Shown piece by piece: positions 20,794-31,021 of a stretch of DNA of 64,000 nucleotides. Every line of letters starts with the position of its first letter. Positions within the stretch are counted from its first letter, which is position 1. Source of the stretch: an uncultured delta proteobacterium (GTDB taxonomy: Bacteria; Desulfobacterota; Desulfuromonadia; Geobacterales; DSM-12255); the NCBI GenBank assembly GCA_963787125.1, contig CAWBBV010000012.1, positions 96,001-160,000 of the forward strand, in the 5' to 3' direction. The translations under genes and the position numbers were made by a program. Under the pieces are notes generated by a model that saw only the letters and a program-made list of their open reading frames with translations, was not told the DNA's origin and made no database searches.

Positions 20794-21704
20794 TGGATTA
20801 TTGTCCTCTGGTCAGTATTCTGATACCGCTTTACAATCATGACAGGTTCATTGTCAGATGCCTGGAAAGTGCCGCCAATAATGGCTATGGAAATACCGAA
20901 ATCCTGATTATTGATGATGGCTCCAGCGATGCATCTGCCAGCACTGTTGCTGCTTGGTATGAGGCGGCAAGAGATCGCATTAACTGCACGTTTGAATTCA
21001 CAACGCGGGAAAACAAGGGATTATCAGCGACCCTCAATGAGCTGTTTGAGAAATCCCATGGTGACTTCATAGTTATCCTTGCCAGTGACGATTATCTGTT
21101 GCCAGGAGGGATAGACGCCAGGGTCAGCTATTTGTCCGAGCATCCGGAGAAGATGTTTGTTGTCGGTGATTACTGTGTCGTCGATGAAGCTGATCAGCAG
21201 CTGAATGCGAGCGGTATAGAAGAGATCTACCATGGCAGGAAGAAATATCTGCTTGACGACAATACCATTGCCGCTGAGCTGGTTTTTAACTGGTGCCTTG
21301 CCGGATCTATTTATCTAGGTCGGCGAGAACTGTATCGTGACCATACCTATGACGAGGATCTTGTTATTGAGGATTGGGATTACTGTCTGAGAATTGCAGC
21401 TAACGGCTGGATGGGCTTCATTGACTTCCCGGTATGCGCTTATCGGATTTACACGAAGCCGCCAGGTTATAATGAAAGACGGGAAATCCAGTGTACCAAT
21501 TCCATGCTGATCACCGCCCGCAAGAATATGCAGCTTTACCGCGGTTTGCCGCGGATTTTTCTCTGGGCAGAAACCCTCAGATACCGTGGTTATCTTGCCA
21601 GACTTACCGGTAAAAACAGGGCGCTTGCGCTACTGATTCTTGAACTTGGCAGAATGGTGATGCGGATGACCAAACGGCTGCATCACCGTAACTGCCCGTC
21701 ATGA
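20790..21704 (+). CDS. Glycosyltransferase family 2
   Basis: [24 protein letters not shown]. Confidence 0.88.
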   Translation: MMDYCPLVSILIPLYNHDRFIVRCLESAANNGYGNTEILIIDDGSSDASASTVAAWYEAARDRINCTFEFTTRENKGLSATLNELFEKSHGDFIVILASDDYLLPGGIDARVSYLSEHPEKMFVVGDYCVVDEADQQLNASGIEEIYHGRKKYLLDDNTIAAELVFNWCLAGSIYLGRRELYRDHTYDEDLVIEDWDYCLRIAANGWMGFIDFPVCAYRIYTKPPGYNERREIQCTNSMLITARKNMQLYRGLPRIFLWAETLRYRGYLARLTGKNRALALLILELGRMVMRMTKRLHHRNCPS

Positions 21705-21738
21705 AAAGGATCCCCATATTACTGAGTTTTCCTGTAAA

Positions 21739-22827
21739 ATGAAAATTGTTCTGGTTAATAGCGCCCGTAAAGTTAGCGGTGCTGAAGAATACCTGCTTGA
21801 TCTGGCAGAAATTCTTCAGCCCTATGGCTATGCTCCCACATTCTTCGTCAAGTCCGGCGGGGTTCTGGAAACCAAGGCTGGGGGTTGCGGCTACCAATGC
21901 CGTGCCGTTTTTAAAGGTAATCCGTTAACTATTCCGCTGCGTATTGCCGCTGCCTTGGCTGCCGAGCAGCCCGATATAGTTCTTATCGGCCGTGATCATA
22001 ATATTTATCCGGTCATTGCCGGCTATCTGCTTGCCCTGCCATGGCTGCAAAAAAAGCCGAAAATAGTCGCCACCCTTCATACTCCCACCGGTAGACGCTA
22101 CCCCTTTGCCAGTAACTTCCTCGATGGCATAATTGCCTCTTCGGATTATACCGGCCAGACTTTCTATTCGGCCAATCCAGGTTGGCAGCAGCTTGCTGTG
22201 ACCATACACTGTGGCATCAACTTGCCACCGTTGCTTAAAGATAAGGAGAATGATGACCGACGCCGGCGTGTCCTTGTCGGGCGAGATTGGCCGGTAATCG
22301 GCATGGTAGGGGAACTCTGGAAAAATCAGGTGGAGCTGATTGAGATCGGCTCGATTCTGCAAAAGAAATATCCCGATATCACCATAGCCATTGTCGGTGG
22401 CGGCGATGACACTGAATTGAAGGAAAAGATTGCCGCCAGCAATCTGGAGCAAAACTTTGTTCTTACCGGCAGGATTCCTCGTGAGCAGATTTCTGATCTT
22501 TTTTATGACCTGGACTTATCGGTATCAACCCACCGTAACGAGGGATTCGGTATAGTCCATATCGAATCCCTTGCCGCTGCAACACCGGTCATCGCCTACA
22601 ACAGCGGCGGTCTGGTCGAAGTTATCCGCAACGGCGGTGGACAGTTGGTTGACGGCGGTACCGAGGAATTTGCTGATGCAGTTATCGGACTGCTGGCCGA
22701 TGAGAGTAGGCGGATAGCTCTTGGCAGGGAAGGGCGTGCAGTTGTCAAAGCGTTTTTCACTACTGATGTCATGGCTAAAGCACATGCTGAATATCTGCTG
22801 TCAATCGGCAACGGGGAGAAAAAGTGA
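21739..22827 (+). CDS. Glycosyltransferase family 4 (paralogue of 11162-12250)
   Basis: SGAEEY, EGFGIVHIESLAAATPVI; same length (362 aa) as upstream paralogue. Confidence 0.9.
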   Translation: MKIVLVNSARKVSGAEEYLLDLAEILQPYGYAPTFFVKSGGVLETKAGGCGYQCRAVFKGNPLTIPLRIAAALAAEQPDIVLIGRDHNIYPVIAGYLLALPWLQKKPKIVATLHTPTGRRYPFASNFLDGIIASSDYTGQTFYSANPGWQQLAVTIHCGINLPPLLKDKENDDRRRRVLVGRDWPVIGMVGELWKNQVELIEIGSILQKKYPDITIAIVGGGDDTELKEKIAASNLEQNFVLTGRIPREQISDLFYDLDLSVSTHRNEGFGIVHIESLAAATPVIAYNSGGLVEVIRNGGGQLVDGGTEEFADAVIGLLADESRRIALGREGRAVVKAFFTTDVMAKAHAEYLLSIGNGEKK

Positions 22828-23915
22828 GTTCACTGCTAATTATCGAACCCAATCTTCGCAGTCCTAGCGGGCATTACGCCGAATTTGTCCGGGCCGTCGG
22901 TAGCAGGGTATCTCATGAGTCACTCGATGTTTTTGCGCACCCTGAAGCTGATGCTATGCTGGCGGGAATGTCGAATGTCGGTGTCTTCAGAAACTCTCCC
23001 CGTGTTGGTGAACCGCTTGCCGAATGGCGCACTATTTTCAACTGCGTCGCAGGCAACAGACCTTTTTTGCTTTTGACTGCAGATGGACGTCACGCAGCGG
23101 CAGCTTCGATTTCTGCCCGTTTTTCAGGCAATAATCCTCTCAATGCCAATTTTTTCTTTCATCGTGCACCAACAACATGGCGAGACAATCTGCTGGCTCC
23201 TTTCTCGGCCATTGCCAGAGAATATTCGCGGGCAATTACTTCTACTGAGCAGGTTGCAAGCTCACTGAAGGATCTGGGCTGGAGAAAAGTCGAATATATC
23301 CCTTATCCGGCGCTTGCGCCGCTGGCACCGGCAAAACCCCTCCCTTTTTCCCATCTGCTGATGGCAGGTGCAGCAAGGCTCAACAAAGGACTTGATCTTG
23401 TGGCAGAACTTGCCTGTAACTGGAGTGCTGATGGGCGCTCAATCCCGCTTTTTGTCCAGGTTTCCAGAAAACATGCGTCAAAACATGGGAAGAGAGAAGC
23501 TGTATATGTTGAAAAGTTGCTCTCTTCCGGATACCAGGGGTTGAAGAGTGATGCCGATGCGCCTGACCGAAGCGCTTATGTCGAGCGGTTCAGAGGTGCT
23601 CTGGTTCTGGCACCTTATGTTCGTGAACAGTTTGCCAGTCAGGTGAGTGGGGTTGTTCTTGATGCTCTACTGCATGGCGCACCGGTTATTGCCACAAAAG
23701 GTACCTGGCCCTCTTTGCAGGTTGAGCGTTTTGGCGCTGGTGTTACTATTGCGGAGCGGACTGCTGAAGCTCTTTCTGCGGCAATCGATACTATTTTAAA
23801 CGACTGGGAAAACTTTTCAGTGAAAGCCTGTACGGCGGCACGGGTACTTGCTCTGGAACATGATCCGTGTCATCTGGTTAAGCTTTTAGGGCTGGACACT
23901 GTTTGCGAATATTAA
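22824..23915 (+). CDS. Glycosyltransferase (GT-B, GT4-like)
   Basis: SGHY, ARLNKG, SGVVLDALLHGAPVI. Confidence 0.75.
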   Translation: MSSLLIIEPNLRSPSGHYAEFVRAVGSRVSHESLDVFAHPEADAMLAGMSNVGVFRNSPRVGEPLAEWRTIFNCVAGNRPFLLLTADGRHAAAASISARFSGNNPLNANFFFHRAPTTWRDNLLAPFSAIAREYSRAITSTEQVASSLKDLGWRKVEYIPYPALAPLAPAKPLPFSHLLMAGAARLNKGLDLVAELACNWSADGRSIPLFVQVSRKHASKHGKREAVYVEKLLSSGYQGLKSDADAPDRSAYVERFRGALVLAPYVREQFASQVSGVVLDALLHGAPVIATKGTWPSLQVERFGAGVTIAERTAEALSAAIDTILNDWENFSVKACTAARVLALEHDPCHLVKLLGLDTVCEY

Positions 23916-23925
23916 TAGAGAATAT

Positions 23926-25764
23926 ATGTCTATAAGTTATGAAAATAGAAAAGTAGTTTTCAGATGGACTTACTGGTTCATGCTGTTTAACTGGCTCTTG
24001 GCCATGGGTATAGGCAGCTTGTATCTTAATGTGACTCAATTCCCGGACGATGTTCTGTCACGGCTGTTTTTACTACTTTCATTTCCTACCCATTTTTTCA
24101 CAGTTTCATTAACATCATTTCTGTTAGTCATGCTTGGCGGGTTCTTCTGGCCAAAGAAGCGGTTAGTCATCCCTGCAGCTGTTATGGCTGGATTGGTCAT
24201 GTCAGTACTTTTGCTTATTGATGCCGGAGTCTTTTCCCTTTACAGATTCCACCTTAACGGGATGGTGTTGAATCTGGTTATGAGCGGAGTAGCAGTTGAA
24301 GTTCTGTCGCTTACCTGGGGTACCTGGGTTACTTTTCTGCTTTTCGTTGTCGGTGTATTGCTGCTTGAAATATTTATTGCCAAGTGGCTCTGGCGCCGCG
24401 CCGATCGCTTAAAATTTGGCGGCCATGTTTTTTGTGTTCTGGTAGTTTTGTTTCTGACCGCCAATTTTATCCATGCATGGGCTGATTATGTTCATTATGC
24501 ACCGGTAACCCGGATTGTTCGCATGCTACCGGCTTTTAAGCCGTTAACCATGAGAGCTCATATGGAACGACTCGGCTTTGTTCCTTTGAAGCAGGAAGCC
24601 GGCATGGGGCAGGTTGATTCAGGAAGCGGGTTACTGTATCCGCTTGAAAAACTGCAATTCAAAGGTCCAGCCAAGCCATACAATCTCATGATTATCGTTA
24701 TTGACAGTTGGCGTTTTGACATGCTTAGCCCAATAACTACCCCTAATATCTGGAAGTTCGCCGCCGGAAGTACTGTTTTTGAGCAGCACTACAGTGCAGG
24801 TAATGCGACGAGGTTTGGAATATTTTCACTTCTTTACGGTCTTTACGGCACCTACTGGCACTCTTTTCTGGCTGAGCAGCGTGGCCCGGTGTTAATCTCT
24901 GAACTTAATAAGCGGGCATATGAAATGGGTATTTTTGCCAGTGCTCCATTAACAAGTCCCGAGTTTGATCTGACTGTTTTTAAGGATGTTAATGAAACAT
25001 TGAAGAAAACAACTAACGGTGATCAGCCAGTTGATAGAGACCTGGAGATTACCAGAAATATGGTTAACTTTATTAACAAGACAAAAGAGAATCAGCCTTT
25101 TTTCGGTTTTCTGTTTTATGATGCTCCGCACGCAAAGCAGTTTCCTAAATCATTTGCGCTCAACAAACCCTATATTGATAACCTTAACTATCTGACTTTA
25201 AACAAAAATCAGGATCCACAACCGATCATCAATACCTACAAGAATTCATTACGTTTTGTTGACAGTAGTGTCGCTGAGGTGCTTGCTGCACTGCAGCGAA
25301 AAGGTAAACTTGATAATACGGTTGTCCTGATTACCGGTGATCATGGTGAAGAGTTCAATGATTTAAAGCTCGGTTACTGGGGCCATAACGGCAATTTTGC
25401 CCAATATCAAACCCGCACACCCTTGGTATTACATTTTCCAGGGCAAACACCACATCAGTACAATCATCTGACTACCCATCTTGATGTGGTTCCGACGTTG
25501 ATGCGTGACATGTTCGGTGCAACAACTGCTCCCTCAAAATATTCAAATGGCACCTATCTGACAGACACGCACTCACGTCAGTTTGTCCTTGTCAGTACTT
25601 GGGCATCATTTGCGATGGTTGAGCCGAAAAGGATCTGTATTGTTGAAAACAGAGGCTCAACAGAAATCGTTGACTGTAACTACACGCTCCTTAACGGGGA
25701 GACATTAAATCCCCAGTTCTCCAAAACAGCCATTGAAGAAATGGGTAAGTTTTATAAACATTAA
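23926..25764 (+). CDS. DUF3413 + sulfatase-fold inner membrane protein (PbgA/YejM/LapC homologue)
   Basis: Five N-terminal TMs with RWTYWFMLFN, YRFHLN, IHAWAD; IDSWRFD, SAGNATRFGIFSLLYG, GDHGEEFND. Confidence 0.85.
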   Translation: MSISYENRKVVFRWTYWFMLFNWLLAMGIGSLYLNVTQFPDDVLSRLFLLLSFPTHFFTVSLTSFLLVMLGGFFWPKKRLVIPAAVMAGLVMSVLLLIDAGVFSLYRFHLNGMVLNLVMSGVAVEVLSLTWGTWVTFLLFVVGVLLLEIFIAKWLWRRADRLKFGGHVFCVLVVLFLTANFIHAWADYVHYAPVTRIVRMLPAFKPLTMRAHMERLGFVPLKQEAGMGQVDSGSGLLYPLEKLQFKGPAKPYNLMIIVIDSWRFDMLSPITTPNIWKFAAGSTVFEQHYSAGNATRFGIFSLLYGLYGTYWHSFLAEQRGPVLISELNKRAYEMGIFASAPLTSPEFDLTVFKDVNETLKKTTNGDQPVDRDLEITRNMVNFINKTKENQPFFGFLFYDAPHAKQFPKSFALNKPYIDNLNYLTLNKNQDPQPIINTYKNSLRFVDSSVAEVLAALQRKGKLDNTVVLITGDHGEEFNDLKLGYWGHNGNFAQYQTRTPLVLHFPGQTPHQYNHLTTHLDVVPTLMRDMFGATTAPSKYSNGTYLTDTHSRQFVLVSTWASFAMVEPKRICIVENRGSTEIVDCNYTLLNGETLNPQFSKTAIEEMGKFYKH

Positions 25765-25776
25765 TAGAATCCTGAA

Positions 25777-26799
25777 ATGAGTATAACTACCGTGAAACAG
25801 CAACCACGCAATATACTGATTATAAAGCCCGGCGCAATAGGTGATCTGCTGCATATTTCTCCGACTGTCAGAGCTCTTAAAAAACATTTTCCTGAGTCCG
25901 GAATAGATATTATGGTCTCATCTCCGGCAACGATCTGTCTTTTTGAGAAAAATCCGCAGGTGAGAAAAGTTCTTTTTTTCGACCGTAAAGGCGAACATCG
26001 CAACTGGAGCAGTTTTCTGACCCTCTGGTCTGATGTCAGAAGAGGGAATTATGATCTGGTTATAAACTTTCAAAGAAGTACGCTAAAGGTTTGGTTGCTG
26101 GTGATGGCGGCTTTTCCGTGCCGTGTGCTCGTCTATCACAAAGCCAAGAACCGTAAGGTTCACGCTGTTACAAACCATCTGGAGACTGTTGCTTCTTTGG
26201 GGATTGTTCCGCAACAGGAAAATATTGATCTTGAGATGTTCCTGTCTTGCGAGGATGAGGCTTTTGCCGGAGGCATTATTGCAAAAGAGGGTCTTGGTGG
26301 CAGACAGTTGATTGCGCTTAATCTTGGCGCCAGTAATCGGGTGAAGTGCTGGTCTCCTGCATCTTATGCCGCCCTGTCAGATAGAATTCAGAAAGAAACC
26401 GCTGCAGCTGTCCTGCTTGTTGGTGGTAAGGACGAACTCGATCTTGCCGAGCAGGTTATGTCATCATGCATAATAAAGCCTTTAAATCTCGTTAACGCTC
26501 TTTCTCTCGGGGAGCTTGGTGCGATTCTTAAAGAGTGCAAACTGCTTGTCAGTGGTGATACAGGGCCACTCCACCTTGCAACAGCGGTCAAAACAAAAGT
26601 CATTGCTCTCTTCGGCGCAATTGATCCTGAGCGTACTGGACCTGTAGGGGCAGGGCATATAGTTTTGAGTCACCCTGAGCTTGAATGTGTTCCTTGTAAT
26701 GGAAAGTCATGTACTCATACGCCTAACCTGCAATGCATGACGATGATTACTGTTGATGAGGTGATGCAGGCTGTGCGTCAGATTTGCGACGCACTTTGA
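25777..26799 (+). CDS. Glycosyltransferase family 9
   Basis: GAIGDLL, GDTGPLHLA, LFG, CVPC. Confidence 0.88.
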   Translation: MSITTVKQQPRNILIIKPGAIGDLLHISPTVRALKKHFPESGIDIMVSSPATICLFEKNPQVRKVLFFDRKGEHRNWSSFLTLWSDVRRGNYDLVINFQRSTLKVWLLVMAAFPCRVLVYHKAKNRKVHAVTNHLETVASLGIVPQQENIDLEMFLSCEDEAFAGGIIAKEGLGGRQLIALNLGASNRVKCWSPASYAALSDRIQKETAAAVLLVGGKDELDLAEQVMSSCIIKPLNLVNALSLGELGAILKECKLLVSGDTGPLHLATAVKTKVIALFGAIDPERTGPVGAGHIVLSHPELECVPCNGKSCTHTPNLQCMTMITVDEVMQAVRQICDAL

Positions 26800-26812
26800 C
26801 AGGGATACTGCT

Positions 26813-27550
26813 ATGACTTTGAACAATATCCCTGTTCTTATATATCATCATATCAATCCTCATGCAGGAGATACAGTCACTGTCACACCTGAGATTTTTA
26901 CGAGCCAGATGCGTTTTCTGACTGACGAAGGTTATCAAACTCTCTCAATTGATGAATTACTGGAATTTATCAACGGGAACAAAATCATCACCCAAAAAGC
27001 GGTTGTAATAACCTTTGATGACGGATGGCTGGATAATTTTAATTATGCAGTGCCGATATTAGCAAATCATAAGTTTAAAGCGGCTTTTTTTATCATCTCA
27101 GCGAGGGTTGATGCAGCTTCAGCCAAAACGAGTGGTCCAGTTGTGGCGGTGCCAAATCATGAGGCATCCAAAATCATGATTGAGAGCGGTCAGGCAAATT
27201 GTGTTGTCCTTGATTGGCAGACCATAAAAAGTTTAGAAAGTAGCGGTTTTTACAACTTTTATTCGCATACAGTCAACCACTTTCGCTGTGCCGATCTCAG
27301 TGATGACGAACTTAAGGTTGAACTTGCTCACTCCAAAGCGCGTATTGAGGCAGAGCTTTGCAGGTCTTGTGATTATTTATGCTGGCCTTATGGTAGCTTC
27401 AGCCCTAAAGCAGTGAAGATGGCTATCGATGTCGGCTATAAAGGCTTTTTCACAACCGTTGAAGGTTATTGTGAATCAGGTTCAGATCCTTTTATGATAA
27501 AACGTATTGAAGTTATGAACTCGATCGAGTGGTTTAAGAATCGTCTTTGA
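26813..27550 (+). CDS. Polysaccharide deacetylase family protein
   Basis: PVLIYH, ITFDDG, SHTVNH, WPYG. Confidence 0.88.
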   Translation: MTLNNIPVLIYHHINPHAGDTVTVTPEIFTSQMRFLTDEGYQTLSIDELLEFINGNKIITQKAVVITFDDGWLDNFNYAVPILANHKFKAAFFIISARVDAASAKTSGPVVAVPNHEASKIMIESGQANCVVLDWQTIKSLESSGFYNFYSHTVNHFRCADLSDDELKVELAHSKARIEAELCRSCDYLCWPYGSFSPKAVKMAIDVGYKGFFTTVEGYCESGSDPFMIKRIEVMNSIEWFKNRL

Positions 27551-27562
27551 GGTGGAGAGCAG

Positions 27563-28573
27563 ATGCGAAATATACTAGTAACCGGCGCAGCCGGTTTTAT
27601 CGGTTTTCATCTCTGTAAAAGGTTGCTGGCAGATGGCGATCTGGTAACCGGTCTGGATAATCTCAACGACTACTATGATGTGACCCTGAAAAACGCCAGG
27701 CTTGCCTTGCTCGAAACGGAAGACCGGTTCAACTTCAGGCATATAGACCTTTCAGATAAAAATGGCATTGCCGCACTTTTCGCTGGAGAAAGGTTCGATG
27801 TTGTTGTCAATATGGGAGCGCAGGCAGGGGTCAGGTATTCACTGGTAAACCCTCACGCTTACACAGAGAGCAATGTGACCGGTTTTCTTAATATTCTTGA
27901 AGGGTGCAGAGCTTCCGCTGTGGGGCACCTTGTCTATGCCTCTTCCAGCTCTGTTTACGGCGCTAACACCTGCATGCCTTTTTCAATCCATCAGAACGTT
28001 GATCACCCGGTTTCTCTTTACGCGGCTACAAAGAAAGCCAATGAACTGATGGCCCATACTTATTCTACTCTTTTTGCCATACCGACTACCGGACTTCGCT
28101 TCTTTACTGTTTACGGACCTTGGGGTCGGCCTGATATGGCACTGTTTCTCTTTACCCGTGCCATTCTGGAGAATAAACCGATTGATGTATTTAATAACGG
28201 TTTGATGCAGCGGGATTTTACCTATGTTGATGATATAGTGGAAGGTGTTGTCAGGGTTATGCAGAAACCGGCTGCCGCAGATCCGGCGTGGGATAGTAAC
28301 AGTCCTGATCCTGCAGGGAGTAACGCACCATATCGACTCTACAATATTGGCAATAACAATCCCGTTGCTCTGGGATATTTTATCGAAGTCCTTGAAGATT
28401 GCCTTGGCCGTAAAGCTCAAAAAAATATGTTACCTCTGCAGGCAGGTGATCTGCTTTCGACAAGAGCTGATATTTCAGAGCTTGTCTGCGATGTCGGTTT
28501 TAGTCCAGTTACGCCGATAGAAATCGGGATTGCGCGGTTTGTTGAATGGTATCGAGAGTACTATAAAGTTTAG
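27563..28573 (+). CDS. NAD-dependent epimerase, UDP-glucuronate 4-epimerase type
   Basis: [34 protein letters not shown]. Confidence 0.92.
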   Translation: MRNILVTGAAGFIGFHLCKRLLADGDLVTGLDNLNDYYDVTLKNARLALLETEDRFNFRHIDLSDKNGIAALFAGERFDVVVNMGAQAGVRYSLVNPHAYTESNVTGFLNILEGCRASAVGHLVYASSSSVYGANTCMPFSIHQNVDHPVSLYAATKKANELMAHTYSTLFAIPTTGLRFFTVYGPWGRPDMALFLFTRAILENKPIDVFNNGLMQRDFTYVDDIVEGVVRVMQKPAAADPAWDSNSPDPAGSNAPYRLYNIGNNNPVALGYFIEVLEDCLGRKAQKNMLPLQAGDLLSTRADISELVCDVGFSPVTPIEIGIARFVEWYREYYKV

Positions 28574-28591
28574 GCGTAAGGAGTCAGGAAT

Positions 28592-29554
28592 ATGATTACT
28601 AAAGAGGCCGATTTCTCAATGGTTAAAACATATCCATTGAAGGAACGCTCGAATAAAATGATCTTCTCAAGAGACTCAGCAATGCCTGTGACAAAAGGGA
28701 TGAGCGTTGCGGCACTCTTAGCTGCAATGCCGAAGCAACTTGGTGCTGAGTCGCTCCTGAAAGTCATTGACGCTATTGTAGCCGCAAGAGAAAAGGGGAA
28801 GCCGGTTGTTATGGCAATTGGTGGACATGTCATTAAGTGCGGGCTTCAACCGGTACTGAAAAGTCTGGTTGAAGCCGGAGCAGTGACGGCGTTTGCCATG
28901 AACGGCTCTGTTTCGGTGCATGACTATGAACTTTCCCTGATAGCCGCAACGAGTGAAGATGTCGGTGCCGTCCTTCATTGCGGGACTTTTGGTATGGCTG
29001 AAGAGACAGGTCGTGATCTCAACCTGGCTTTAAAGGAAGGTGTATCTAAAGGAATGGGCTATGGTGAGGCAGTCGGTCGCTTTATCCTGGAGAAGCAGAA
29101 TCCTTATGCTTGTCACAGTCTCCTGGCACTTTGCGCAGAGCGTGATATTCCGGCGACAGTACATGTTGCCATCGGCAATGATATCATTCATCAGCATCCG
29201 GATGCTGATGGCGCTGTTATTGGTGAAGCCTCATTCAGAGACTTCAGACTCTTGACCTCAATAGTGAGCCAGCTTGGTGACGGCGGAGTTTACTTGAATA
29301 TCGGCAGTGCAGTAATCCTGCCTGAAGTTTTTCTGAAAGCCCTTTCCATCGCCCAGAATCTTGGACATCATGTCGACAATTTTACCACTGCAAATTTTGA
29401 TATGCAGCAGCATTACCGGCCGTTGCAAAATGTCGTCAAGAGGCCGACATCCGGTAAGAGTCAGGGGTACACGCTTACCGGACATCATGAGATCATGATT
29501 CCGCTGCTGGCTGCCGGCATACTTGACAAAATAGGAGCGAGCTTAAATGGATAG
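28592..29554 (+). CDS. Conserved hypothetical protein with deoxyhypusine-synthase-like motifs
   Basis: GGHVIKCG, GTFGMAEETG, YLNIGSAVILPEVFLKA, GHHEIMIP; overlaps hldE start. Confidence 0.65.
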   Translation: MITKEADFSMVKTYPLKERSNKMIFSRDSAMPVTKGMSVAALLAAMPKQLGAESLLKVIDAIVAAREKGKPVVMAIGGHVIKCGLQPVLKSLVEAGAVTAFAMNGSVSVHDYELSLIAATSEDVGAVLHCGTFGMAEETGRDLNLALKEGVSKGMGYGEAVGRFILEKQNPYACHSLLALCAERDIPATVHVAIGNDIIHQHPDADGAVIGEASFRDFRLLTSIVSQLGDGGVYLNIGSAVILPEVFLKALSIAQNLGHHVDNFTTANFDMQQHYRPLQNVVKRPTSGKSQGYTLTGHHEIMIPLLAAGILDKIGASLNG

Positions 29555-31016
29555 AAAACTAATTGAGTCACTCTTTTCCAGGACAAGGGAAATCAAGGCT
29601 CTTGTTATCGGTGATCTGATGCTTGACGAGTACCTCTGGGGAAAAACGGACCGGATTTCTCCTGAAGCTCCGGTTCAGGTGGTTGATGTTATTCGTGAAG
29701 ATTTACGCCTTGGCGGCGCAGGTAATGTTGTCAACAATCTTGTCTCCCTCGGTTGCACGGTTTCTGTCTGCAGTGTCATCGGTGCTGATGATAACGGCTC
29801 CCAGTTAAGGCAAGTGTTTGACGGAATGGGAGTAAATGTTGCGGCATTGTTTGAAGATCCGGCAAGGCGGACCGGCAAGAAGACCAGAGTCATGGCCGCC
29901 CATCAGCAAATCGTCAGGATTGATCGTGAATCCAAAGAGCCTCTTACTTCATCTTTTGAGGAACTCCTCATAGGTTTTCTCCGAAAAAACGCAAAAGACT
30001 TCAATGTCCTTGTTGTCTCCGACTATCTGAAAGGGGTGCTAACTCCACGGGTGCTCGAATCAATAATTGCGCTTGGTAATGACGCAAAGATCCCTGTTGT
30101 TGTCGATCCAAAGGGTAGTGACTACTCTAAATACAGAGGCGCTACCATTCTTACCCCTAACAAGAAGGAGGCCGAGCAGGCTTCCGGCACCATGATCAGC
30201 GATGAAGCAACCTTGAATCAGGCTGCATCCAGCCTTCTTCAAGGGCTTGACCTCGCGGCGCTTCTCATTACCAGAAGCGAGGCCGGTATGTCTCTGTTTC
30301 GTGCTGGCCTTGATCCTCTCCATATCCCTACTGTCGCCCGGGAAGTATATGACGTCACCGGTGCAGGGGATACTGTCCTGGCTGTCCTGAGTCTGGGGCT
30401 TGCGGCAGGAATCTCATTCGACGAAGCAGCACGACTGGCAAACATTGCTGCCGGTCTCGTTGTCGGTAAGCTTGGGACTTCGACTCTGAAACCTGCCGAG
30501 ATTCTTGATGAACTTGGCAGAGAGCATCGCGACAGTGATAATAAGATTAAAAATCTTGATGTCCTTGCCGGGATTATTGCCACGGAAAAATCCCGTGGGA
30601 AGAAAATCGTCTTTACCAACGGCTGTTTTGATCTTCTTCATGTCGGCCATGTGAAGTATTTGCAAAAAGCGCGTTCCTTCGGGGATTTTCTGGTGCTTGG
30701 TCTTAATAGTGACGCTTCCATAAGACGGCTTAAAGGGGAGAAACGCCCGTTGATAGCGGAGGATGAGCGTGCGCATATTCTTGCAGCGCTTGATTGCATT
30801 GATTATGTTGTGATTTTTGATGAAGATACACCGCTGCACCTGATTGAGACTCTGAAACCCTCTATTCTTGTGAAGGGGGGAGATTATACTCTTGACGGGG
30901 TTGTGGGGCGAGAGGCGGTTGAGGCGGATGGCGGCAGAGTTGAACTGGTGCAATTTGTCGATGGTAAGTCGACGACTAATATTATTGAGAGAATCTTACA
31001 GAGTTACGGAGATTAA
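29547..31016 (+). CDS. hldE: Bifunctional heptose 7-phosphate kinase / heptose 1-phosphate adenylyltransferase
   Basis: RISPEAP, DVTGAGDT, FTNGCFDLLHVGH, KGGDY, STTNII. Confidence 0.96.
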   Translation: MDRKLIESLFSRTREIKALVIGDLMLDEYLWGKTDRISPEAPVQVVDVIREDLRLGGAGNVVNNLVSLGCTVSVCSVIGADDNGSQLRQVFDGMGVNVAALFEDPARRTGKKTRVMAAHQQIVRIDRESKEPLTSSFEELLIGFLRKNAKDFNVLVVSDYLKGVLTPRVLESIIALGNDAKIPVVVDPKGSDYSKYRGATILTPNKKEAEQASGTMISDEATLNQAASSLLQGLDLAALLITRSEAGMSLFRAGLDPLHIPTVAREVYDVTGAGDTVLAVLSLGLAAGISFDEAARLANIAAGLVVGKLGTSTLKPAEILDELGREHRDSDNKIKNLDVLAGIIATEKSRGKKIVFTNGCFDLLHVGHVKYLQKARSFGDFLVLGLNSDASIRRLKGEKRPLIAEDERAHILAALDCIDYVVIFDEDTPLHLIETLKPSILVKGGDYTLDGVVGREAVEADGGRVELVQFVDGKSTTNIIERILQSYGD

Positions 31017-31021
31017 CTTTA

